Shown: piece by piece, positions 10,148 to 20,067 of the stretch | Layout: each line of letters opens with the position of its first letter | How positions within the stretch are numbered: the stretch's first letter is position 1 | Assembly: GCA_963668355.1 (NCBI GenBank) | Contig: OY764265.1 | Span: 2,016,001-2,080,000, forward strand | Direction of reading: 5' to 3' | Length of the DNA: 64,000 bases | Origin: Bdellovibrionota bacterium | GTDB lineage: Bacteria; Bdellovibrionota_G; JALEGL01; DATDPG01 | The notes under the pieces: generated by a model | Seen by the model: the letters and a program-made list of their open reading frames with translations, nothing else | The model's database searches: none | Told to the model about the DNA's origin: nothing | Translations under genes and position numbers: made by a program

Positions 10148-11496
10148 AAAGAATGATCGAAATACTGGTCGTTGACGATGAGCCCAATATTCGCGAAGGG
10201 ATGAAAGATCTCTTGGCAGGAGAGGGGTTTTCTACCTGTACGGCGGCCAATGTCACAGATGCCAAGAAAATCCTGGAGGATCGCCCCATTGATGTTTTGA
10301 TTACGGATGTTCGGCTGGGTCAGGAAGACGGAATGAATCTTGCCTATTGGTCTCTGGAGAATCAAGCGCAAGTCTATGTCGTGATCATGACCGCTTATGG
10401 AACGGTTCACCAAGCGGTAGAAGCGCTAAAAAAAGGCGTTTATGACTATCTAACCAAACCCATCAAGTCCGAAGAACTTTTGGTTAAGCTTCATCGCATT
10501 CATGAACAAATTCACCTGAAGGATGAAGTTTCCGCCTTGAAAGAAAGCTCTGGTCAGTTACATCCTTCTCTGTGTGGCTCAAGTTCCGCAATGAAAATTG
10601 TGAACAGTTTTGTGCGTCGCGCGGCTCAGGTTTCCAGCAATGTCTTGTTGCTCGGAGATACCGGCACGGGAAAGACGCTTTTGGCCAAAGTGATCCACGA
10701 GTTGAGTCCACGTGCTGAAAATCCGTACGTTGCGGTGAATTGTGCCTCTCTGTCTCCGACGTTAATTGAAAGTGAGTTGTTCGGTCATGTCAAAGGCGCA
10801 TTCACGGGGGCTGAGAAAGACCGCATAGGAAAAATTTTAAAGGCTGACGGAGGAACGCTGTTCTTGGATGAGATTGGAAGTACATCTCCTGCCTTTCAAG
10901 CGAAACTCCTCAGTGTGTTACAGGAAAAATCATTCGAGCCGGTTGGAAGTGATCAAACGCATCGAGTGGATGTTCGAATCATCGCAGCGACCAATAGTGA
11001 TTTGGAGATGTCTGTGAAAGAAGGGCGCTTCAGAGAGGATCTTTATTATCGCTTGAAAGTCTTGTTCTGTGAATTACCTCCTTTGAAAGATCGTCGTGAC
11101 GATATCCCGGAATTGGCCCAGAGTCTTCTTCAAGAACTGAAAACCTCTGAAGGGAACGAGTTTTCTGCCTCCGCCTTGGCCGCTCTTATGTCTTATGAAT
11201 GGCCCGGAAACATTCGAGAACTTCGAAATGCTGTAGAGGTTGCTGTCGCATCCAGCGAAGGAAAAATGATTGAACCCCATCACTTGCCGTTTTGGGAGGG
11301 GGAAACGAATGATGAGGATTCCTCAGAGGGACTTTTTCACCAGACGGTGGCTCAAGTGGAGCGAGCTCTGTTGAGACAGACCCTCAAAACGGTCAAAGGA
11401 AGCATCTCCCAGGCTGCCGAATTGCTTGGGATGAACGAAAGGTCTTTACGCCGCAGGATTAGAACGCACAAACTCCGCCGTGAAGACTTCTTTTGA
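10144..11496 (+). CDS. Sigma54-dependent response regulator (NtrC family)
   Basis: Receiver domain, Walker A GDTGTGKT, ESELFGH, GAFTGA loop, Fis-type HTH. ATGA overlap with the kinase gene. Confidence 0.95.
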   Translation: MKRMIEILVVDDEPNIREGMKDLLAGEGFSTCTAANVTDAKKILEDRPIDVLITDVRLGQEDGMNLAYWSLENQAQVYVVIMTAYGTVHQAVEALKKGVYDYLTKPIKSEELLVKLHRIHEQIHLKDEVSALKESSGQLHPSLCGSSSAMKIVNSFVRRAAQVSSNVLLLGDTGTGKTLLAKVIHELSPRAENPYVAVNCASLSPTLIESELFGHVKGAFTGAEKDRIGKILKADGGTLFLDEIGSTSPAFQAKLLSVLQEKSFEPVGSDQTHRVDVRIIAATNSDLEMSVKEGRFREDLYYRLKVLFCELPPLKDRRDDIPELAQSLLQELKTSEGNEFSASALAALMSYEWPGNIRELRNAVEVAVASSEGKMIEPHHLPFWEGETNDEDSSEGLFHQTVAQVERALLRQTLKTVKGSISQAAELLGMNERSLRRRIRTHKLRREDFF

Positions 11497-11519
11497 TCTT
11501 GAAGAGGTTTTTCTAAAAC

Positions 11520-11972
11520 CTAGGAATTTTTCTCTTTTAAGATCGCTTTGAGTTGATTGACTTTATCCGCAAAATCTTGAAGCTCGTCTCCTTTTCGAAG
11601 CTTAACATCCTTGGCTTCATAGTTTCCCTTGGAAAGCTCCTCGATCAAGTTTCCGATGGGAATGAGGGGTCCAACGATTTTGTGTGTGACATAAATGCCA
11701 AATAGATAAACCGCAGCACATCCCATGACCACGGTCGCTGTAAGGGAGATGATGAGCATTCTTAATTGGCTTTGGTAGGCCTGTGTCATGGCTTCATCTA
11801 AAAAAACAGGAGCTTTCTCAGAGACAGAGAGATAGGTGAACACTCCAAACACAACCGTTAGTATGATCATGATTCCAACCAGCTTTGAGACGATTCTCAA
11901 CTGCATGGAAGGAAAAACCAAAAACGTTGTTCTTCGGTTTTTGTTTTTTTTCTTTTCTTCAATTTCAGCCAT
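11520..11972 (-). CDS. Small two-TM HAMP-domain membrane protein
   Basis: Two TM helices, then THKIVGPL...LRKGDELQDFADKVN. SD GGAGG. Confidence 0.75.
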   Translation of the reverse strand: MAEIEEKKKNKNRRTTFLVFPSMQLRIVSKLVGIMIILTVVFGVFTYLSVSEKAPVFLDEAMTQAYQSQLRMLIISLTATVVMGCAAVYLFGIYVTHKIVGPLIPIGNLIEELSKGNYEAKDVKLRKGDELQDFADKVNQLKAILKEKNS

Positions 11973-12009
11973 AACGATTTATACCTCCCTGTCTTCGTTG
12001 GAGATCGGA

Positions 12010-13701
12010 TTATTCTTCAATGATATGTCCGACTCGGGTGAGCATGCTCGGAACAAACACACCAAGACCGTCAATGGAATTGGGGTCAAAACTTGTGAAG
12101 GTTCCACCCGTACAACTTCCCCCATCGGCTCGGATGGCTCCTAAGAGCATCCCACGTCCTGCGATCATGGCACCATTGATGAAGTTCGATTTATTCCGAG
12201 GCGTTTGCCAATGCTCGATTTCAATGAATCCGGGGGAGTACACGGTCCCACTTGCGTTGATTCCGCCTTCGATATCAAAGATGCTATCTTGATACATAAT
12301 CGCCGGGAAATCCTCATCTGCGCTAAAGGGAGCGAAATCTGAGCCTAGATCGATTCCGATGGGACTTTTCCCAGAAGCCGGAATGGTCGTTGACCAGGCC
12401 ACCTCATACGGACTATCACTTCCCGTCGGATTGAACGTTCCGGCCTCTGCGGCAGCTTTAAAGGCCAAGAAATCCATGTGGTCCAGGTCGGTGCTTCCCG
12501 TAACCGGTCCAACAATGGGATTTACATTGATGGGCACTTCAAGAGCGATTTTAAACGCTCTTTGTTCTTCCGCATTGCTAAAGCCATTTAGGCCCAGAGC
12601 AAACGTCCCGACGACGTTGAGACTTCCGCTGCCACTGTTGACGGTGTGCAAGGTGGTGGAGTCCAAGCAGCCTTCTCCTTTGTGAAGATCCACATAAACG
12701 ATTCCGGTTTGTGGGTCTTCGGTGTTGATGACATTGCTCTCAAAATCACACCAGGATGAGTAATAATTGCCGGTGGCAACCGCAGCGGCTTTGTAGCGCT
12801 CAAACTGGAAGAGGGCGGGCTTATCGCCATTGAAAATATTGGGGTCTTCAATGGTGTGGTTAAAGCTCGCGGCCTGCTCAGCTGGAGTTTGAACCGTCGG
12901 TGTTCCGTCCACATTGATGATGGTCGTTGCGTCCCCCCTCGTGAGGTCGATGGACATATTGAGCGATTTATTCTGCCAATTCTTGAAAGACGTGGTGGTT
13001 TGTACGGGATGGGCATAGCCTCCACGTCCATTATCAATGACATAGCCTCCCCAGCCTCCAGCACAACACGTCGCTGGATTACAACCCGTTGGAGCTGTTG
13101 GGGTAGGTGTGGGGGTTGGCGTTGGAGAAGGTGATGGTTCTGGGGTGGGTGTTGGCGTCGGAGTTGGGATCCCCAGGCTGTTTTCACAGTAGTTCGTACA
13201 TGCGTCGTTATAGTTGGCTTGACAGGTGCTTCTGGCTTGCTGGCATCGGTCCCGACAAGCTTGATAGCCGTTTTCAACCCACACCGGCCATCCGAAATTG
13301 TAACTGGAGTTGAGGCAGACCTGTTCATCGCTGTTGCAGTCGTTGTTGCAGTCGGCCTTGGCATCCAAACAATCCTGACGGCAAGCGCTCACGTCTTTTC
13401 CGGAGCAGGAATAATAACATGCCGAGTAGGTGTTCAAACAACTCGTATTGCACGAATCTTCTTGGTTCTGACAATGGTTTAAAATGGAACTGCACTGTCC
13501 ATAACAGGATTGCATTTGGTTGTTACAAGATGTGCTGTTTTGACCGCAACACGTGTTGCAGTGGTACAAATGATGTGGGGAAGAGTACCCGGTCCAGTCG
13601 CAGGCACGTGAAAACGTTGGGGTTGTAGCCTGGGCAGGAATGCTCGCCAGAAAGCCAACGGTCAAAAAGAAAGCAAAAACTAAGAAATTTCTTTTATGCA
13701 T
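12010..13701 (-). CDS. Secreted protein: Cys-rich N-domain, Pro/Thr linker, PilX-C-like C-terminal domain
   Basis: SD AAGGAG before ATG 13701. Sec signal ending AQA, many CxxxC repeats, PTPTP linker, and a C-terminal INGAMIAG..SFDP. Confidence 0.7.
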   Translation of the reverse strand: MHKRNFLVFAFFLTVGFLASIPAQATTPTFSRACDWTGYSSPHHLYHCNTCCGQNSTSCNNQMQSCYGQCSSILNHCQNQEDSCNTSCLNTYSACYYSCSGKDVSACRQDCLDAKADCNNDCNSDEQVCLNSSYNFGWPVWVENGYQACRDRCQQARSTCQANYNDACTNYCENSLGIPTPTPTPTPEPSPSPTPTPTPTPTAPTGCNPATCCAGGWGGYVIDNGRGGYAHPVQTTTSFKNWQNKSLNMSIDLTRGDATTIINVDGTPTVQTPAEQAASFNHTIEDPNIFNGDKPALFQFERYKAAAVATGNYYSSWCDFESNVINTEDPQTGIVYVDLHKGEGCLDSTTLHTVNSGSGSLNVVGTFALGLNGFSNAEEQRAFKIALEVPINVNPIVGPVTGSTDLDHMDFLAFKAAAEAGTFNPTGSDSPYEVAWSTTIPASGKSPIGIDLGSDFAPFSADEDFPAIMYQDSIFDIEGGINASGTVYSPGFIEIEHWQTPRNKSNFINGAMIAGRGMLLGAIRADGGSCTGGTFTSFDPNSIDGLGVFVPSMLTRVGHIIEE

Positions 13702-13748
13702 AACGATTCTCCTTCGAAGAAACAAACGGGAGGCTTTTTTTGACGGTT

Positions 13749-14351
13749 TTAGGGAGCATTGAACACTCCTGACTGAATTCCTGATCCCGGAGAGCCGAGA
13801 ACAGCCTGAATCACCAATTTAACTTGTTTTGTACATCGTCCAGACGTGGCACGTGAATGAATGGTCGCCATATTGGGTCCGGGAGTATTGGCCTCAGCCC
13901 AGACAAAGGCTTCATCATCGGAGGTGATGAAGAGCTGAATGGCGTCGTCCACGGAGACGTTGTCTTCATCTGGAATATTCTTGTTCTTCCCAAAGAGTTG
14001 GTAGAAGTCGGCAATATTATTGTTGTCGATGTCAAAGATCTTGGTCCCCCACGTGTCGATGGCATCCGTGGGAAGATCATCAAAGATTCCATCGTTGTTT
14101 GTGTCAGGACTTTCTTTGAGGGCAAAGAAAATCCGATCGATGCCTGCATCCGCATTGTTCAAAGCGCGTTGGCAAAGAACATAGTCAGTGGTTGTTTTGA
14201 TGCGTTGCGTGGACAGGTAGGAGCTTCCTACGGCAATCACGGTTCCGATGAATACGATGAGCAAGACGGTCCAGAGATAAGCGCCTCGATCCGATTTTAG
14301 ATGGTTGAAATGTATTTTTGATCGATTCTTCATAAGTATATTCCTCATCAC
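13749..14351 (-). CDS. PilX-like minor pilin
   Basis: RG|AYLWTVLLIV lacks E5, as is typical for PilX. Contains ALNNADAGI. Third gene of a pilV-W-X-like order. Confidence 0.75.
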   Translation of the reverse strand: MMRNILMKNRSKIHFNHLKSDRGAYLWTVLLIVFIGTVIAVGSSYLSTQRIKTTTDYVLCQRALNNADAGIDRIFFALKESPDTNNDGIFDDLPTDAIDTWGTKIFDIDNNNIADFYQLFGKNKNIPDEDNVSVDDAIQLFITSDDEAFVWAEANTPGPNMATIHSRATSGRCTKQVKLVIQAVLGSPGSGIQSGVFNAP

Positions 14352-14941
14352 AGAAGTAGGTTCCTCGGGACAAAGCTTTCAGAAGCGCTGAGGATCTTCC
14401 AAGAGATGGGATTGCTACTGGGATCCATGCCTTCCGATTTAAACACAACTTCAATTCCGATTTTTCGAATTTGACCCAAATTGGCGGTCGTATTTCCATT
14501 GATGTCGAAGTATCTGAGTGTGAGGGATTCCAGGTGGGTAGCCAGGGGAAAATAGGCACCACTGCTTTCATCACTCACGGCTCGTTCAAAGACGTCATTG
14601 TTTTTACGATAAGAGACGGTCTCCAGAGCGTTGTCTTCATCAATATCTCCGATAAAAGAGAATTGCTCTGCTCCGGCCAGGGTGATGTATGGGTTGCTGG
14701 TCCCTAATCCCTGTGGGTCGTAGCCTAAATACCGGATGTCGCTTCGCATTCGACTCAGGGCCACTTGGACACGTTCTTCGATGCGGGATTTCATGCCCTC
14801 CACGGATAATCGCCGGCTGCCCTCTAAGGAAAAGCGAAGTACGAAAGCAAAGCCGACACTCGCAATCAAGAGGGCGATCAAGATTTCCACAAAGGAGAAT
14901 CCGCGGGGTTTTGAAGACAAAATTCGTGGCTGGATGTTCAT
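14348..14941 (-). CDS. PilW-like minor pilin
   Basis: RG|FSFVEILIALLI prepilin motif and MRSDIRYLGY. Confidence 0.8.
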   Translation of the reverse strand: MNIQPRILSSKPRGFSFVEILIALLIASVGFAFVLRFSLEGSRRLSVEGMKSRIEERVQVALSRMRSDIRYLGYDPQGLGTSNPYITLAGAEQFSFIGDIDEDNALETVSYRKNNDVFERAVSDESSGAYFPLATHLESLTLRYFDINGNTTANLGQIRKIGIEVVFKSEGMDPSSNPISWKILSASESFVPRNLLL

Positions 14942-14943
14942 TT

Positions 14944-15330
14944 TTAGTCCGTCCCCAAAATGCTCGCATATCTTAAAAAGCGAGCGTCGGTTAATGGTGC
15001 TTGGGCAAATTTAACCTCCACAATGACGGTGGTTAGTCCGACAGAGGGTTGGTTGGTATACACTTGCCAAGATCGGGTCATTCCCTCCAGGGTATCCTCA
15101 CCTGAAGCAATGGTTTTTCCGGCTTTGAGATCCAATCGGAGATTCTCAATTTTATCCTGAATGACACTCGTGGCCTTGACCCGGAGTTTGTTTGCCCCAT
15201 TTGTACGAATGGTGTGGACGGTAAGAGCTGTCGTTCCCAATGCTGCAATGGAAAAAATTACCAGAACGACCATGACTTCGATCAAGGTAAAAGCATGAGA
15301 ATTCTGACGTAACGATCTTTTTGCGCCCAT
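14944..15330 (-). CDS. PilV-like minor pilin
   Basis: HA|FTLIEVMVVLVIFSI prepilin motif and QDKIENLR. 128 aa. Confidence 0.8.
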   Translation of the reverse strand: MGAKRSLRQNSHAFTLIEVMVVLVIFSIAALGTTALTVHTIRTNGANKLRVKATSVIQDKIENLRLDLKAGKTIASGEDTLEGMTRSWQVYTNQPSVGLTTVIVEVKFAQAPLTDARFLRYASILGTD

Positions 15331-15345
15331 GTTAACCCCTAAAAC

Positions 15346-15362
15346 AGCAATTCACGTGCCAA
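15346..15362 (-). promoter_or_regulatory. Sigma54 promoter of the pilV-W-X-like operon
   Basis: Minus strand reads TTGGCACGTGAATTGCT (consensus). An IHF-like TTTCAAGTACTTA lies about 40 nt upstream. Confidence 0.85.
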
Positions 15363-15619
15363 GGTTATTTGGACAAACCCATGAAAATCACACGTGTAAG
15401 TACTTGAAAACTATAACGAATGAAAGGAAGTCCTGTCGAGAGAAAACGACACCATTTGTATTCGGACAGAATCGCCGATCCCACACCAGGTACGTAACCA
15501 TCGGGTGTTTTTCAGAATTCAAATTTAACCACTTGAGATTCGAAAAACGTAAACAAAAGTGTCCATCCATTCAGTTGTTTGAGTGATAGCAGATGGTTGG
15601 GCCGTTAAAGTTTTGGAGT

Positions 15620-15636
15620 TTGGCAAAAGTGAAGCT
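15620..15636 (+). promoter_or_regulatory. Probable sigma54 promoter
   Basis: TTGGCAAAAGTGAAGCT (GG-N10-GC), 14 nt before ATG 15649. Divergent from the pilV promoter. Confidence 0.5.
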
Positions 15637-15648
15637 ATTTTGGTTTCA

Positions 15649-16020
15649 ATGGATAAATTCAAGATGTCGGTTCGGATGGGGCTCTCTCTGGTTTTTCTTT
15701 TTTTGGGGGGAGGGTCATGTGTGTCCAATTCATCCAACACATCCGAGAACCCTTCTTTGGAAAAAACATTGAGTTCGGGGGAAAAGGTCTCCCAAACTTA
15801 TTTTTTCAAAGAATCCACCGATCAGACTCCCATGCAAGCTCTAAAAATGTTCAATATGTATCTAAGCCAAAGGAAAAAAAGCCTTTCCCCAAATGAGTCC
15901 TTTTCTGTGGAGGAATTGGGCTGTCAATGTGGATCTTTGGAGGAAGAAGATTCAAAAGAGTCTCCAAAGGCGGTTCAGGGGGTCTCCTGTGTATGTGAGA
16001 CGACGCTTGTGCGAAAATGA
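15649..16020 (+). CDS. Putative lipoprotein
   Basis: Hydrophobic stretch ending GGGSC, with CQC and CVC motifs. ATGA overlap with the next gene. Confidence 0.55.
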   Translation: MDKFKMSVRMGLSLVFLFLGGGSCVSNSSNTSENPSLEKTLSSGEKVSQTYFFKESTDQTPMQALKMFNMYLSQRKKSLSPNESFSVEELGCQCGSLEEEDSKESPKAVQGVSCVCETTLVRK

Positions 16021-17093
16021 GAAAGGAACTTTCTGCTGTGGATAGCTCGTCGAGCCGCGCTAGATATTTCGGCATAGATCTCATGCGCTTTATCAGCATG
16101 ATGGCCATCGTCATGATGCATTCCCACGGAATCGTATTCTTCACCGACACCATTTATTTTTCTTATGATCAGTCCGTGTTTCTCTGGCTGTCTCCCTTCG
16201 GGCGTTTTTTTTCCATCAGTGGCTTTACAATCGTGGCCACCACCTCTTTTCTGTATGGTCGCAAGTCCCTGGGAAAAATGAAGCGTGGACTTATGTGGCT
16301 CTTGCTGGCCGGGATTTTTTTGCTTTTCTTGTTTTATGGAAGAGCCAATGCTCACGAAGGCTTCTTCTTTGAATGGGATGTGTATCACTTAATTCTTGTG
16401 GGATTTCTCGCAGTGAGGGCTGCGAAACCTCGTCCTAAAATTCTGTATGCCTTGGGGATTGTCGGTTTCTCTCTTTTGTGGGTTCCTTTTTGGCGAGTTC
16501 AAAACCATTGGGACGTGTCTTCTTGGCTGAAGGAGATTTTGATTGGTTGCTGTTATCCGCACGGGGAGCATGTCGCCAATTGGCCTATTTTTCCTTGGGT
16601 CGGGTTAATTTGGTTTCCCTATGTCTTGGGGCACTGGGTGAAAAATCACCGGGAATCTTTTTGGCCGTTTGGGAGAGGAGAGTGGATTGGTTGGGGCGTT
16701 CTCTTGTTGATTTCAATTCCGAATTTGGGAGCTTATTATCATACACCCATTGGGGACAATTTTCCGTGCCACATGTTTCGTCAACCCGTATGGGTGTTTT
16801 GGTCTCACTTCATATGGATTTTGTTCGGCATTCGCTCTAGCCTGACCCCAGGTTTTCAACGAAGTCTAGAGTCTAGTGCGATTGCAAGATTCATTTCAAA
16901 ACTCAACTGGTCTCGAAGATTCGGTTTGAGTTATTTCATTCAACTATACCTTCTTTTGATCATTGGTTTCCCTTTTCGAGATGAGCTTCAAAGTCATCCA
17001 GTTTGGTTTGATGTCTACTGGCTTTCCGTTATCCCCGTAACGGAATTCCTCAGTCGTTTGAGCCTATTTGTTTTTAAAAAATACAAAAAATAG
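16017..17093 (+). CDS. DUF1624/acyltransferase-like integral membrane protein
   Basis: N-terminal RYFGIDLMRFISMMAIVMMH, plus WDVYHLI and WPIFPW motifs. About 9 TM helices. Confidence 0.6.
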   Translation: MRKELSAVDSSSSRARYFGIDLMRFISMMAIVMMHSHGIVFFTDTIYFSYDQSVFLWLSPFGRFFSISGFTIVATTSFLYGRKSLGKMKRGLMWLLLAGIFLLFLFYGRANAHEGFFFEWDVYHLILVGFLAVRAAKPRPKILYALGIVGFSLLWVPFWRVQNHWDVSSWLKEILIGCCYPHGEHVANWPIFPWVGLIWFPYVLGHWVKNHRESFWPFGRGEWIGWGVLLLISIPNLGAYYHTPIGDNFPCHMFRQPVWVFWSHFIWILFGIRSSLTPGFQRSLESSAIARFISKLNWSRRFGLSYFIQLYLLLIIGFPFRDELQSHPVWFDVYWLSVIPVTEFLSRLSLFVFKKYKK

Positions 17094-17113
17094 AAAGTTA
17101 AAATCCGAGACGC

Positions 17114-19471
17114 TCAATGTTTGAGAATATTCTTGAAGGGAGAAACAGGCGTTAGTTCAGGGAATTTTTTGGCGAAGAATTTTTTGAAATAATTCCGATC
17201 CAATATTCGATACACCTTGGCCATGCGTCGTTTGCGATCTTGGCCGTATGTTTCATGTTGGCGTAGAGGGTCAATTTGAAAGTCATAACGGGGAGAGAGG
17301 AAGATGTCAGCATCTTGAAACTTTTTGTATAGAAATTTGGTCCTCATGAATTCCAGAATGGGATAATTGTCCGAATGAATGTCATGTTCGACGGGAGTGA
17401 ATCGATCAAAAATATTGTCGATCAGTTTTATGTCTGAAAAAACTTCATCCAGAACCAACCCTGGGAACGCTTTCTCCAAAGTCTTCACAACCATGGGATC
17501 AATGGATAGCTCATGGAAAGGTTTTTCCTCTAGTGAGTGGTTTCCACAAGTGAGCATGTAATAGGCCGAAGAGAGGAAGTGAAGCGCGCAAGTCGAAAAG
17601 TGGCGGTGCAGTCCATTGAGAATGACTTCCATCCCTTTCGAAGACATCTCTGACAATGAGATCCATGTGCCAAACACGCCTTCCGGTTTTAGAGCTTTGA
17701 CAATTTTTTTGTAATAGTCGACCGAATACAGTTTTGAGGCGGAATAATAACTAGGCGGAGGAGGTGTGTTGATGATGGCATCGTAATAGTCTTGTTTTCC
17801 TGTGATATAGGATCGGCCGTCCCCATAATGAAGCTTCGCGTTTGGATTTTTATTGAGGTTGAAATTGGCATAGGACAGAACCGGAAGCATCTGTAAAAAG
17901 GCTTCGTTGATTTCAATGACGTCTGTTTGATTGAATATTCGACTCACCGTTCCTGCAGTGATTCCCGTTCCCAGGCCGATGACGGCTGCTTTTTTTTGGC
18001 TCGGCGAGAACAGGGCTGGAATGATCCCTACCAAAACTTCTGGGGTGTTGATTTTTCCTTTCTCATGAACATTGATGCTGATGTGTCCGTTGAAGGTGAC
18101 ATAGGAGGAGCGAGGTGCGTCAACCAATGTTGCGCTGTTGGGTCCTCCTTTAAATGTTCTGACAGGAATGTCCCTTTCAATTCGATGGGCTCGGGCTGAA
18201 ACATAAAAGAAGTTGTCATTCCATTGTTGGTGCATGAGTAAGAGTGACAGCAGGGAAAGGACGAGGGCAACGGCATGTTTTGGTTTAAGTTTGGATTTTC
18301 CTAAGCCCACGACAAAAGCCAAAATTCCTAAAATGCCCACTCCATAGAGAAGAATTGGATTGGGAAGGAGCTCGTGTAGGAAGAGAACATAGAGAAGGTA
18401 TCCGAATGCATTGGCCAATCCGGACACAAATAAGAGGCTTCCCGCCTCTTCTTCGACTTTTCCCTCCCTGGATAAGATGGCAGGCAATAGGCCTCCAAAA
18501 AAGAACATGGGAATTAGGCCAAAGAAAGAAGATGTCAGAAGTTTTTCTCCCACATCCACCCACATGACATCCGGTAAAGACTTGAATATGGCGTGGTGAA
18601 GCTCAGTGGTGAAAGAAAACGTCGAAAAGATGAGACCGAGAGACAGGGACATGCCAACAATGCATGTTTCAAACCGAATTTTGAGTTTGGGGACAATCCA
18701 AGACCCAAGAAAAATTCCTAGCAAAATGACAAAAAGACCGATCGCAAAGTTTTCTCTGTGGGGGTAGAGAATATGAGAGCAAAGGTTGAGAAAAAACATC
18801 TGAAATATGGCGCTGGCGGTGCTGGCCAAGAAAAGGGCCAGAAAAATGTTTTTTGAAAAACGATGGCGAGCCTGATTGAGAGGGTGATCCGGGGTAAGGC
18901 TTTTGAAAAGCAAAACGATTCCGTTAAATACATTGATTCCTCCCAAAACGAAGAAGGAAGCTTGAAGGCCAATGGCCCGAACCAAAAAAAACTCGACGAT
19001 TAAAATGCTGCTTAAAGCACCCAAATTATAAACTTGGTACACCCTGCGGAAAGAAAGTCGATCTGGGGTCTGCTCTTTTATATAGGCACTGAACAGCGGA
19101 ATACTGGCTCCAATGCACAGACTGGGAATCAGTAGCAAGAGAGCCGTCACGAAAATGGTTAGATTGGAAGACTGACTGATGGTGTTTATGAGAGGTAGGT
19201 CGACGAGAAGTTCTGCGAAGAAAGGAATGCTCATCGCGTAGAGGCCCGTAAGGATTTCCAAGTGGGCCAATTTTCGAAATACGCGATGTGCAATGAGCGC
19301 GCCGATTCCGATTCCAAGTAGAAAGGTACTTAGAAGCGCAGCATGAACATAAAACATGTCTCCCATAAGAGAGGTGAGGAGTCTCATGTAGAGAACTTCG
19401 TAGGCCAGAGCGCAAGATCCGGATAGGAGGCATAAAACGAAAAGTGTGCGTGTGGGTCTCTCTGATTTCAT
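17114..19471 (-). CDS. Fused multi-TM / spermidine-synthase-like SAM-binding protein
   Basis: SGSCALAYEVLY N-terminus, about 13 TM helices, and C-terminal VIGLGTG, DVIEIN and GDGRSY motifs. Confidence 0.8.
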   Translation of the reverse strand: MKSERPTRTLFVLCLLSGSCALAYEVLYMRLLTSLMGDMFYVHAALLSTFLLGIGIGALIAHRVFRKLAHLEILTGLYAMSIPFFAELLVDLPLINTISQSSNLTIFVTALLLLIPSLCIGASIPLFSAYIKEQTPDRLSFRRVYQVYNLGALSSILIVEFFLVRAIGLQASFFVLGGINVFNGIVLLFKSLTPDHPLNQARHRFSKNIFLALFLASTASAIFQMFFLNLCSHILYPHRENFAIGLFVILLGIFLGSWIVPKLKIRFETCIVGMSLSLGLIFSTFSFTTELHHAIFKSLPDVMWVDVGEKLLTSSFFGLIPMFFFGGLLPAILSREGKVEEEAGSLLFVSGLANAFGYLLYVLFLHELLPNPILLYGVGILGILAFVVGLGKSKLKPKHAVALVLSLLSLLLMHQQWNDNFFYVSARAHRIERDIPVRTFKGGPNSATLVDAPRSSYVTFNGHISINVHEKGKINTPEVLVGIIPALFSPSQKKAAVIGLGTGITAGTVSRIFNQTDVIEINEAFLQMLPVLSYANFNLNKNPNAKLHYGDGRSYITGKQDYYDAIINTPPPPSYYSASKLYSVDYYKKIVKALKPEGVFGTWISLSEMSSKGMEVILNGLHRHFSTCALHFLSSAYYMLTCGNHSLEEKPFHELSIDPMVVKTLEKAFPGLVLDEVFSDIKLIDNIFDRFTPVEHDIHSDNYPILEFMRTKFLYKKFQDADIFLSPRYDFQIDPLRQHETYGQDRKRRMAKVYRILDRNYFKKFFAKKFPELTPVSPFKNILKH

Positions 19472-20067
19472 CTTGAAGGGCCTTCCGATTCGATCTGATG
19501 AAGCATATGTTCCAACTCATGAATCTTTTTTTTAAGATGATGAGCGAGGTTTCGAGGTTTTTTCATAAAATCTCGATCTTTTCTAGGCGGAAGGCGTGTG
19601 AGTTCGTTTAAGCGCCTTTTTAACTTGGGTAACGCTTCTCCGATTTCACTTCGAATGGCCGAAGAATGAGACTTTTCGGTTCGAAGAATGTCTACCAAAA
19701 CGATATAGGCTTCTCCTGAATAAGGATCGAGTTGAAGGTATCGACGGATTTCCTTTTTGGCCTGCTTCAGTTTTCCTTCTTTTAGCAGAACTTTGGCTAA
19801 GGTGATGCGGAATGGGGAGTTTGGTTCGATCTCCAAAGAACGATTGAGGTGTCTTTCAGCGCTTTCCAGACTTCCTTCCATCATGGCCGTATGGCCTTTT
19901 CGATATTCTCGAATTTCTTCTGTGTCTCCCACCGGGACATTGAAAAGAAGAGAAGATAGATATTTCACCGTCCATGTAACCGTGGGAAGGAAGAAAATGG
20001 CCATGGCGGTGGTTGCGAGAGCCGCGAGAATGGGGATCCTGAGTTCTTTATTTTTTATAGGAAGCAA
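19468..20067 (-). CDS. Membrane-anchored TPR protein
   Basis: N-terminal TM helix and TPR-like repeats (AERHLNRSLEIEPN, YLQLDPYSGEAY). Confidence 0.7.
   Translation of the reverse strand: MLPIKNKELRIPILAALATTAMAIFFLPTVTWTVKYLSSLLFNVPVGDTEEIREYRKGHTAMMEGSLESAERHLNRSLEIEPNSPFRITLAKVLLKEGKLKQAKKEIRRYLQLDPYSGEAYIVLVDILRTEKSHSSAIRSEIGEALPKLKRRLNELTRLPPRKDRDFMKKPRNLAHHLKKKIHELEHMLHQIESEGPSR

Noticed and set aside
13095..13170. Short repeats that could suggest an array
   Set aside because: They encode a Pro-Thr linker. No CRISPR repeat-spacer periodicity was seen here or elsewhere in the window.
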